Source of the DNA: Hydrolagus affinis
Lineage: Eukaryota
DNA length: 64,000 bases
Assembly (NCBI GenBank): GCA_012026655.1
Contig: JAAILG010001539.1
Coordinates: forward strand, 1 to 64,000
Reading direction: 5' to 3'
The notes beneath the pieces were generated by a model. The model was not told the origin of the DNA. It saw nothing but the letters and a program-made list of their open reading frames with translations, and ran no database searches. Position numbers and translations under genes: made by a program. Of this stretch, positions 35,861 through 46,295 are shown in pieces (position 1 is the first letter of the stretch; each line of letters starts with the position of its first letter).

Positions 35861-38064
35861 TAAATTGACAATTGTTCGCTCCCTATACAGTTGACAACCG
35901 CTTTGGAGGTTGAGGACTCTGGCGATTGTAGTTTTTTCGCACAAGTGCAGCAGTGAAATTTTTCCAACTCTGTGAGATGAAATGCTTTGCTATCCTAAGT
36001 CATTCCATCCAGTGGCTCGACTGAGAACTGACAAAATTCTTAATTGAGCCTGTCAGATTTGAAGGTCACACAGCTATAGCACTTAAGTCTGGAATGTGGC
36101 GCGGACACCCTGGAGACCATCTTGCCCTGCTACTGTGGGAGTTTGGCAAACGATAATATTGGAACCGGAGCCTCTGAAAAGTGCTGAGTGATGTACTTGC
36201 AACAAAACACTGTTTGAAGGGTAAGTTCAAGTATCTTTTAGGAAACAGCAATTCTTTGAGGATTGCAAAAGTAGCCTCTTATCCACTCCCCCCAACCCAT
36301 CCGTGAAAAAAAAGGACATTGTGAATCCAGAATTGTACTGTGCTAGAAAGTATATGGAAATCTGACAAGGGTGTTGCCCAAAGGGTGAATACCTAATTGC
36401 ATTGCTTTCCCCTTTCTCCAGCATTGCACACTATCAAGTTAAGGCCTTTGCCTTTTTGCTTCCTCCAATCCCTCAGAGGGACAATGGGTCAAATTACTTG
36501 GAAGACTTCTACAACCAGGTTATTGGCCTATAATTCATGGACAATTTTTCAGCCATTTTGTAATGTTTTTTCAAAATACGTTACAACAACAATGTTAAAA
36601 AGCAACCTTATGAATCATAGAATTCTCTATGTTTTTTTTGTTCTTTCTGCTAACCGTGGGTTGAACTGTTAGGCAGAAATAAATAAAGGGATACTGAGTT
36701 CTAATTTGCAATATCTCTGTGTAGGAAATGTGCAATTTTCACATTTCTACAATATCACAAATGGTAAACAATCTATTTTGTAGTAAATTTAATGTTTCAT
36801 ATACAGTATTTGATCATTTATTCCACAGTACGCATCCTTTTTTGCAATTCCAGGGACTTTTATCGTCCAAACATTTTACATTCAGTTTCAATGGACAAAA
36901 TCTGCTCTGATGAGCCTGCCAAATATATTGTGGAATGAAACTTGAAGTCTGCTTTCAGTAAAGTCATTTCCATCAGTTTCATAAACCAACTGATTAATAA
37001 TCCTGTTGGGATTTGCACTTTCAACTGGATTGAGATTGCATTGAGCCAGGAAAAAGCCAGCTAGAAACATCTGGACTAGATATTTTTACTCGACAGTTGG
37101 TTGTCAATTGAGAAAGAAGGCAGGACATGTATTCTGAATATCTTTCAGAAGATACTCCCCCAACAAACGATAAGAAATGAATGAATGATCCACTGGGTTG
37201 AGAATCTATGTGGGAGTGGAGCAAGGTAACAAATATACAACAAGAGTGCACAGATTCTCAGAAATGGGAATGGAAGGTGAAGTAATGGTTTACTGAATAA
37301 CTGGAACAGAATGACCAGAGAGACCTTGGAGATGGGGAACCCTAGGAAATTAAAGAGGCACAGATGTTTGGTGGAACAAACAAGAGAGTATAAGGCATTT
37401 TTCAAATTGTGGGACTGGCTAGAAGTAATACAGTGGTCTTTAACAGTCCTGTACAGTTCTATGTTCAGTGTACTAAGCCTGTTCCCTACAGAACAGTTAT
37501 TGTATACATTTTATCCAATTTATTGAGAGTTATTTATTAAGAGTTTAAAAATTATAAGAAACAAATTATGTTCTGTGATATTTCACCCTGTCACTTTTTA
37601 CCTTCCCCAACCTCAAGTAATAGAGAAATTCGAAGATATCTGTCAATTACACTCTCCTGCTGTGAAACGTTGCATTTCTGTGGCCCTCTCTCTCCATAGT
37701 ATTTGATCACTTATGCTCTCGATTGTTCAATCTGATTCTCAATTACATCTTCAGGTCCTTTTGTCAGATTAAGGAATTGGTATGAACTGAATTGACATGG
37801 CATAAACTGTTGTTGCTTAGAGTCTCTTTATTTTGTGCCACCATCAATTGTACTATATCAACTGTTAAGATTGCCATGTTGCATTAGAATGTAACCAATG
37901 TAATACATTAGTTCTCCATAAACTCAATCAGGTAACCTTCAATTTTAGACCAGCAGATCCTTTCAACACTTCATTTTGAAGTTGATAAGGTGACTACTGA
38001 AATAGTGTCTTAAGCAATATAGTGTGTGTGTGAATAGTATTACTGTATATGTTATTACACTACA

Positions 38065-38700
38065 TTAGCAACTTGTATTTATGCAGCATGTTTCATGTAA
38101 GTTACCCCCTGAGCACTTTACAAAGACAGGGTTATACACTGAGCAAGAGGGTGGGTGGGGGGTGGGTAAGAGAAGATGGCCTTGGATACATTCAAAGAGG
38201 TTTTAAGGTCACTTAAGGTAGGTTCTTAAAGTCACTTGGGTGCCAGGTGGTGGGATAAAAGGAGGATGTTCTGAGTTCGTTAAATGGAGGCGCTGAGCAG
38301 CACAATGGGATCAGAGAGATAAGGAAAGATAAGTCGATGCCAGGAGGTGGTGCAATTTGTAAGTGAGGTCGAGGACCTTGAAATGAATCTGCTGAGAGAC
38401 AAAGTTGATGGTGCTTTGTGGGAACTAGACAGATGGGAGTACAGAGAAACAGGATGTCAAACGCTATGTAACAAATTTTTGGGTAGTGAAAACGGTCAAA
38501 GAGGAAGGTCTTCAGTGGTCATTTAAAAGATGGGAGAGAGGGGGGCAAAGTGGAGCGATTGGGGGAGAAAGTGCCAAAACTTTGGGATGTGGTGGCATTG
38601 GAATAATCAAGGCAAGAGATAACATAGGCGTGGACGAGGGTTTCGACTGTATTGGGGGATGAGATACGGTCAGAGATGGGCAATGTGATGGCACCTTGGC
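38065..38700 (-). mobile_element. Highly decayed L2 fragment
   Basis: caacttgtatttatgcagc tail; gtaagtgaggtcgaggaccttgaaatgaatc; ggaataatcaaggcaagagataacataggcgtggacgagg (LVHAYVISCLDYS on the minus strand). Confidence 0.7.
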
Positions 38701-38711
38701 TCTTGCCTTTA

Positions 38712-38820
38712 AATATTACTGTCCGGATTTAGGTAAGCGGGTTGCATCCCATCAGTGAGAGAGAACACTTTCCATTCTAGACATGGTAACATTTCCATGT
38801 GCCAGTTGTATGGTTTTGGC
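38712..38820 (+). repeat. Unclassified interspersed repeat B, copy 2
   Basis: ggatttaggtaagcgggttgcatccc...gagagaacactttccattctag...atttccatgtg. Confidence 0.6.
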
Positions 38821-39399
38821 ATGTGTTAGACAGACACCCCGCTGACACAAAAAGATTGTTCTTGATTAATTCAATTCTTATCTCTTTAATAGTGCAACAT
38901 CCTACAACAAGATCTCAAATCATTGAATTTAGTAGGGAAGAATTTTCAACTGAAGACATTTTGAAATTAACATTTTGAGGGAATACTTGTTCTGTTTTTC
39001 CTTCTAAAAATAGCTGTTGCTATTTTGAGATCTTTACAAAAATGGGAAAAGAATCCCATGAGAAGTAGTCAACTTTATGAACCTTTGCCAAGAGCATATT
39101 TGATAAAAAAAAATTACTCACACTGCAGTGACAGTATTTATTTATGGTACGGCATATGTATATATTCTAATAATGCAGCTTATTGTATCTGTCCTCTTAT
39201 CGCACTGTGTTTGTATTAATTTAGATTAATTCTTGCTCATCATGTAAATCTTTACTGCTTTATCCTTACTCTCCATTGATACAATTTCAAACTGATTGGT
39301 TGGACTCAAAGCAGTGAAAAAACTAACCAGATCAACATGCATGTTTGGAATATTACTATTTCTTTAGGTTTGGATGTATTTTAATATAAATTATTTTAC

Positions 39400-39770
39400 A
39401 TCATTCCTTTCAAGTCTTACTTATTATTTGCCTATTTAAATCCTTCCACTATCTCACCTCACTCTAACTCTGCAATCTCCTTCAGTCTTACTGAATGCTT
39501 AACAAACACTGGCCTTTTTGACATCAGCATTAGTGGGTGAGCTGTCAGCCATTCCCCACCCGCTCTCCAGACCTCCATCCCAGTATATCCCCCTGACTCA
39601 CCCCCTCTAACTTAGTTCAAGGTCAGTCTTAGACCGCGCTCTCTGTTATCTTTCCCCTCCACACTCCCTTTGGCTCCTATCCCCAGCGCAAAGTGCCAAC
39701 CAGCAATGTTAAACACTTTGACTACCTGATATGATTGGCACGATTTAAATGTGAATTATGTTGTATTCCG
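39400..39770 (+). mobile_element. Decayed L2 3' fragment
   Basis: tttaaatccttccac...ctctgcaatctccttcagtc...gagctgtcagcc...tttaaatgtgaattatgttg. Confidence 0.6.
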
Positions 39771-40144
39771 ATGTATCATGCTGTGAAATGTAAAACTCTT
39801 TCTGTATGTTTATGTATGTTGGCTCTCACTCTTATCGGACCTAAATCTCAATTTCTAATACCAAAGCCCCAAGAATATTTATAAAGGGTAAGAAAAGTAT
39901 GGGGGAGAATTTCTGTTCCAAACACTTGTACTATATTTACAAATCTGCTTTTAGTTTGTCCTTGGCGTTGTAGTAACTGCACGGTTGTTCTGGTGATGAC
40001 GATGCTGGGGAGCAGGAGCTGGGTGCTTCCTGGGCCAGTTTTAATGTCATTGTAGTCCAGTTTGTGAGCTGACCTGTAGTTGCACAATGTTGGGAAAATG
40101 CCGGATTTACCAGGTACAGTGTGCAGTAACCGTATTACCTTGTC

Positions 40145-40331
40145 TTCCACTGCATTATCAGAGGTGCCATCCTTGTTCCGACTAGCTGTTCAGATGAATG
40201 TTAAAGATCCCATGTTACTTTGAGAGGAGGTGATCTACAGTATATAGTGATTTATAGTATATTCTGTGAAGTGCTTTGAGACCTCTAGAAGACGTGAAAA
40301 GCACTATATAAAATGCAAGGATTATTATTAT
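40145..40331 (+). mobile_element. Deu-core SINE fragment plus SINE tail
   Basis: ctgcattatcagaggtgccatcc...ttaaagatcccatg; tattctgtgaagtgctttgagacctctagaagacgtgaaaagcactatataaaatgcaaggattatta. Confidence 0.7.
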
Positions 40332-42229
40332 GATTTATTATTATCCATCCCATTATGCTGCCCAAAAAATGAACTGGTCTTCAATTTGCGTCTGTTTATG
40401 GGACTTTGCTGTGTTACGAATGACTTCCACGCTTGCCTACAAAATAAACTGCTTCACTGTAAATCACTGTAAAGCGTCTTGATTGAAATGTTTTAACAGA
40501 CAACATGTTAGAAAGAACTTAATAAAAATACAATGTCTTTCTGACCATGTCCTGAAACTGCTCCACATTGCTAACTTGGTGAATCTATGATGCTATAATG
40601 TGGTTAGGAATTCACATTTCTAAATTGTCAGATCTGGGAGAGGTTCAAGTGGCACTATGTGGCGAGACTGAACGCTATTATTGTTGGAAGTATGTTCAAC
40701 ACTAATGTTGCACTTGCCATGCAGTACTGTCTCTGGAGGCACAGTGTAACACTGGAGGCAGCAAAGTAAAAGCTTCCTCCCATTATCTCTGGAAGCACTG
40801 GTTACCATTTCTTCCTGTATTTTGAGGAGGGGCCACGGCATGCACACATGAGTAATGGGATTTTTGTACTGTTTTCCAATATAAACCTTCCCCAGCAATT
40901 GATGTCAGGCAAGGTTTTGAATGCCCTGAGTTTGGTTATATTTGCATGTGTGCAGTTCCTTGCTGTATAAATGGGGTGAATCCCACAAACTGTGGACTCT
41001 GCTCGGCCTCTGTTTGATGAGCTCTGCCATATAAGCAAGAACTCTATCAAATGTGGGGATGGCGAGTTTTAAATGATCTCCGTGACGAGTTCGATCTCTG
41101 TAGCATGACGGTCTGTCCTTGCTTATTTCTCACTTTAATCCCCTCAAATGGGTTATGGCATTGGGACATTTAAATCAAATTCTCAGCCAATAAAGTAAAA
41201 CATATACACGGGAACATATTAAAACAGCTGATGTGTTGCAATGCCCCTATTAATAGAATATTGCAGGCTGTGTTTACCTATTTCTAGCTCCAGATTTTTT
41301 TCCATTTTTAATTTACTTCTGGAATTATGTATTTTTCCCCAAACATAACCTTCTCTGCTCATTGTTATAACTAATGTGTTCCATTTATGCAAATCAAAAT
41401 GTACACGTCTATGTAGCATCTTTTTAAAAGTTGGTTAACGTTTTGAATTCTGGAGGTACAGCACAGTTCATAATGAAGAAACCTAGAAATGAAATTAGCA
41501 GGAGTTTCTTAATCCATTCTGTTTACCAACTAACAACACAATAAATAGTTTAAGGAAGACGTGTAACTTTTGCCCTATTTTGTGCGTAACATAATACTGT
41601 AACATGAAAATAATATTGAGTTAGAGAGCCAATAAATCCTAAACACTGATATGGGAAGAATTAGATTAATTGGCACAACTTTGAGTATATTATCCAGATA
41701 TTCATTATCCTGTGTGGTGGGGGTGAGTGAATGTAATGTGTATTGGAGAGGGAGGGGGACAAGTCCATCGCCAAATTTGTAGAGTGCTCAGAGGTAAAGG
41801 GTACTTTGTAAGTTCAAGTTATTCTAGTTTTCCATTTACAGTCAAACTCAAATAGTGGATTTACAAGAGACTATTGAAGGATCTCTTACAATTCTTAGCC
41901 TTTGAAACATGTTTGTTCTTTCTCCTTCTCTTCTCCCCCCCACTCCACCCCCGCCGCCGAGCTCCCAAACTTATCCATGTTGCTCTTGTGTCCTGAAGGG
42001 TCGATGCCTCAAACTGCCCATAGTGGCCTCAATGATCGTTGCAAGGTTAAAAAAATCCTTGTGATCAAATTTCCTTCAGGGTTTCCCTAGCCGTGCATTT
42101 GATTAGTTTTGTTGCTAACAGCTTATTGATTTTAGAAAGTTTCAGTGAATCATCAATAATTGCAACCAAATCCTTTACCACATTTGCCCATGGACATCTC
42201 TCTTCAGTCTATACACATCAGATACCTAA

Positions 42230-42516
42230 TCTCACTCAGGCTGTGCCATATCTGGACTTTGGACTCACACTCTCGGCTGACATTCCAGTGCAGTGCCTGG
42301 GGAAGCCCAGCTTTGCTGGAGGTGCTGTCTTTTGATTGAGATGTTAATCTAAGATCCCACAGTAGTATTTGAAAGGGAAGGGAGTTTCTCCCAGTGCTAT
42401 GGCCAACAATCTTCCAGTTAAAATTGGCCATTCACTTCATGATTGTTTCTGAAACATTACTGTGCACAAATTGGCTACCTCGTCTGCCTTTACACCACAG
42501 TCACTACACTTTAAAG
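42230..42516 (+). mobile_element. Old Deu-core SINE
   Basis: ggctgacattccagtgcagtg...gctggaggtgctgtctttt..tgagatgttaa...ctgtgcacaaattggct. Confidence 0.7.
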
Positions 42517-42954
42517 CAGAGTGGTCCAACTATTTGGCTCCTGAGTGGCGGATGTAGTTTTGTCACAGGATATCCTGATGATCAGTAATAGACTGTTTGA
42601 TTGTGGTTCATACCTCCAGAAATACTGATCAACTACCCTATTCTTCCCCTTTAGACATGTTGCATCAAGCAGGTCTAGGGCAGTTGTCTGTTTCTTGCAG
42701 CTTCAATGCTAGTCTACGAGAGAAAGCATCACTTCTCCCTGCTTACCACTGCACTGTTTCTTCTCACCCACACAACCCAAATATTTACTGCCTAGCTATC
42801 ATTTCCATTAAACATACAGAAATGTCAAGCTCCTTCGTGTGTTGCCATAGTAATTCCAATGACACTCCCCCTCAAAAGTTTCTGGGAAGTGCATAGAAGT
42901 TCATGCACTTGAAGAGGTAGTCTAAATCTCTTCATAACCAGTCAGAAAAAAGAA

Positions 42955-43190
42955 AATATAATCCTTGTATTTGATATGATCGCATCATCGAAACATCTCA
43001 AAGCACTTCACAGGAATTACTGTAAAGTATAGTGAATGTGCATTTATTGGCGAATACAGCAGTCAATTTGCACACAGCAGTTTCCCACAAACAGCCATCA
43101 AGTGAATGATCGAATTTATTTGAGAAATTGTTGGCCAGGACACCAAAAGACACTCCCTTCCTTCATTTTACAAATAGCCACCCGAACAAA
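42955..43190 (-). mobile_element. Deu-core SINE 3' half
   Basis: aatccttgtatttgatat...catctcaaagcacttcacag...gcagtcaatttgcacacagcag...ttggccaggacacc. Confidence 0.75.
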
Positions 43191-43204
43191 TAGATAGGAC
43201 ATTA

Positions 43205-44163
43205 ATAGTAATAATAATTCTTGCATGAGACATCTCAAAGTACTTCACCATACAGAATAAAGTGACTGACTGTATATTTTGTGGGTGAAACGTGACAGCT
43301 AATTACACTCAGTAGTGTCCCAAATGTAATAATATAAGAACATAACAACATAAGAATTAGGAGCAGGAGTAGGTCATTCAGCCCCTCGAGCCTGCCCCAC
43401 CATTCAATAAGATCATGGCTGATCTTCTAATCTAACTCCACCTACCCGTTTTATCCCAATATCCCTTAATCCCTTTATCCACAAGAAATCTATCAATCTC
43501 AGTCTTGAATATATTCAAGGACTGAGCATCTACAGCCCTTTGGGGTAGAGAATTCCATAAATTCACTACCTTCTGAGTGAAGAAGTTTTTCCTCAACTCA
43601 GTGCGAAAAGGCTGACCCCCTAATTTTAAGACTGTGACCCCTGGTTATAGTTTTTCCAACCAAAGGAAACAGTCTCCCACTATCTACTCTGTCGAGCCCT
43701 TTAATTATCTTATAGGTTTCTATAAGATCACCTCTGATTCTTCTATATTCTAGAGAATGTAGGCCTAGATTGCTCAACCTATCCTCATAGCTCATCCCCT
43801 TCATCCCAGGTACCAACCTAGTAAATCTACATTTTACCCCCTCCAAGGCAAGTACCTGTACATCCTTTCTTAAATAAGGAGACCAAAACTGCACACAATA
43901 TTCTAGGTGTGGTCTCACCAGGGCCCTATGCAGTTGCAGCAAGACTTAAAAAAAAACTGCTGTGACCAAATTATTGTTTTTTTTGGAAAAATTCTTACCC
44001 CAGGAAAAGTGATCCACCAATCAACTAACAAGCAGGTTCCTATGTATTGCTAGGTGAACAGGCATGTGGAGTAAGGACACACTCAAAGTTTCACCCCTCT
44101 TGGAATCAAACACAGGTCTCTTGCTTGCGAGGCGAGTGCTTTAACCACTGAGCTACAGGATTC
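43205..44163 (-). mobile_element. tRNA SINE, long form, split by a CR1 insertion (SINE parts 43205-43325 and about 43955-44163)
   Basis: Head gcgagtgctttaaccactgagctacagga at 44132-44160 and tail ataataattcttgca at 43211; the body is interrupted at gtagtgtccca. Confidence 0.8.
43334..43947 (-). mobile_element. CR1 LINE 3' end (~610 bp), well preserved
   Basis: ORF 43598-43942 LHRALVRPHLEYCVQFWSPYLRKD...SYEDRLSNLGLHSLEYRRIRGDLIETYKIIKG...TRGHSLK is the canonical CR1 ORF2 C-terminus; (ttcttatg)-type tail. Confidence 0.95.
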
Positions 44164-44622
44164 AACATTGGTTTAACATCTCATCCAAAGGCTATGCACT
44201 CGGCACTTTATGAATTTCCCACCTGCTAATCACATGCTGTGTCCATGTCTGGTATTGCATTCCACCCCAAAGATTTATTTGGACCACATTTTTCCACAGT
44301 AATTGACTGCACCAAACCTAAAACGCGTTTGATTTATGGGAGCGAAATACGATTGTTTATATGAAACTTTGCAACATTGCTGGAAGCTGGAATACACCTG
44401 GAACTGGTGATATTTATTGTGATGTTTTACTGGAAATCACAGCAACTTGAGTGTAATTATGGGAGTAGAGGCACAACTTTGGAGAAATGAATATCACCAA
44501 TTAGGAGATGTCGGGCAATTCACAAGCCACATTTAGACAAGATTATATTTCATAACGTAAATCGTGAAAAATTGCCCATCAAGTCTACTCTCTCCACTGG
44601 GGTCAGGAAATCTTCCCTCTTG

Positions 44623-44798
44623 GCTCCTGCTAACCCTGCAAAGCAAAACCCTAATTGATAGGGTTGTCCCAGCTGGATAAGCAATAGGAAACTTGCTACA
44701 CAGTGCTTTCAATAAGCAGTTCTGTAGTTTCAGTTAGTTAAACTCCAGCAATACCCATGCATAAGCTTGGATTCCCAAGCCTTGGCTATTGCCAACCT
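44623..44798. repeat. Unclassified interspersed repeat A, copy 2
   Basis: Colinear with 21397-21555; same ttgccaacct end. Confidence 0.75.
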
Positions 44799-44813
44799 AA
44801 GCCTGATACAGTA

Positions 44814-45492
44814 CAGGTATCCCGCCCCAACCACGGCCTCGCCAACCACAAAACACATGCATCCACGGTTTGCTAAATGCAAACCTCGTAAACCGCGTTT
44901 TGCGCATCCACGATTTAAATCCGCGGGTTTAAATTTTCGAACAGCTAGCATACAGCACTAGGACCCAGTTGCAATGTTGCAATTAACCAGCGACAACACT
45001 AGTATGTTTGGGAGCATTGCCTTCCACCCACCCCCCTTCTCTCTCTCACCTCTCTATTTCACATTCTCNNNNNNNNNNNNNNNNNNNNNNNNNNNNNNNN
45101 NNNNNNNNNNNNNNNNNNNNNNNNNNNNNNNNNNNNNNNNNNNNNNNNNNNNNNNNNNNNNNNNNNNNTCTCTCTCTCTCTCTCTCTGTAAGTCAGACAG
45201 CCTGCTTGTCTGATTGCTGCAGATCCTGTCAGCCAACGCGTCCAAACTTACTCCCCCTATCCCCATGTTTGTTATAACTGTATGTTTTTTTTGTGTCTAG
45301 TTTTACTAAACGCGAACTTACTCCCAGTATCCCCATGTTTCCCATATGGCCCTGCATTTTCCAACCGCGAAAAAGCGCACATACTCCCCCTATCCCCATG
45401 TTTGCCATAGGGTCCTATATTTTCCAAACACGATTTTACCAACCACGAAGATTTACAGGAACGTTTCCTTCGCAGTTGGGGAGGGATACCTG
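44814..45492. mobile_element. Tigger/pogo-like (Tc1/mariner) non-autonomous DNA transposon
   Basis: TA|CAGGTATCCCGCCCCAACCACG ... CGCAGTTGGGGAGGGATACCTG|TA: 22-bp TIRs (19/22) and a TA target duplication. CpG-rich; contains a gap and a CT repeat. Confidence 0.9.
45069..45168. other. Assembly gap (100 N)
   Basis: Run of 100 N within a (CT)n tract. Confidence 1.
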
Positions 45493-45499
45493 TATCACA

Positions 45500-45643
45500 G
45501 TAACTGGAGTTATGTAAGCAGGATACGTCCCTCCAGGGTGAGAATCTTCCATTTCAGATCCAGGGAAATTTCCATGTATAGATGGTATACATTAGAAGAA
45601 CTCTGTTTCGTTTGGATATACTCTTAAGCATGGTGATGGGTTT
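45500..45643 (+). repeat. Unclassified interspersed repeat B, copy 3
   Basis: ctggagttatgtaagcaggatacgtccctccagggtgaga...gtttggatatactcttaagcatggtgatggg matches the reverse complement of 58553-58678. Confidence 0.75.
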
Positions 45644-45802
45644 CTTCATGTGTCCAGCCACACAGCGGACCATAAATAAACAAATCATATGCAACCTATC
45701 CTGTATCAACTTTTGCTACGTTCACACCATCTCCTAAGAAAAAAATCTGCAAGTTATTTACTGACCCCCAAATGTAATCAAGCAATAATGTCAAAATATT
45801 AA

Positions 45803-46018
45803 GCAAAAACAGAAATCGCTAGGAACACTCAACAGGTCAGGCAGCATCTATGGAGAAAGGAAAGTTAGTCAACGTTTCAGAACCCGAGCTGACGAAATGT
45901 CGTGGACCCAAACGTTAACTTATTTTCCTTTCTCCATAGATGCTTCCTGACCTGCTGAGTGTTCCTAGCGATTTCTGTTTGGGTTTTAGATTTCCAGCAT
46001 CTGCAGTATTTTGCATAT
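45803..46018 (+). mobile_element. Penelope-like fold-back (inverted pLTR) insertion with hammerhead relic and 15-bp TSD
   Basis: Arms 45807-45877 and 45910-45980 match 66/71. Loop region has CTGACGA..GTC-GTG-GACCC-AAACGTT. Flanked by atgtcaaaatattaa (45788-45802) and atgtcagaatattaa (46019-46033). Confidence 0.8.
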
Positions 46019-46207
46019 ATGTCAGAATATTAATCCATCTCTGCCCTGTCTCACAGTTGAAACTTGGCCTCCTTCCCTTCCATAGAGTTCTTTAGATTGA
46101 CCTGAGCAGCATTGCTACACACTGAATTACTAAATATTTCCAATCTGCCTTTATGCCAACATTCTCTAGTACAGTACTATTTTGTGTTCTCTAATGTATT
46201 TTCCTTT

Positions 46208-46295
46208 TACCCACAAATATACAGTCAAATCACTTTACAGTATATTTTGTGAAGCGCTCTGAGACGTCTAGAAGACATGAAAAGCACTATATCAA
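46208..46295 (+). mobile_element. tRNA/Deu SINE 3' fragment
   Basis: cccacaaatatacagtc...gtgaagcgctctgagacgtctagaagacatgaaaagcactatatcaa. Confidence 0.85.

Noticed and set aside
42517-42672. hAT-Charlie-like MITE (CAGAGTGGTCCAAC..., flanks ctttaaag/gtctaggg)
   Set aside because: The right TIR and TSD are too degenerate to support by eye.
45235-45422. CRISPR-like spaced repeats
   Set aside because: Imperfect internal repeats of a Tigger-like element in a vertebrate genome; no cas genes.
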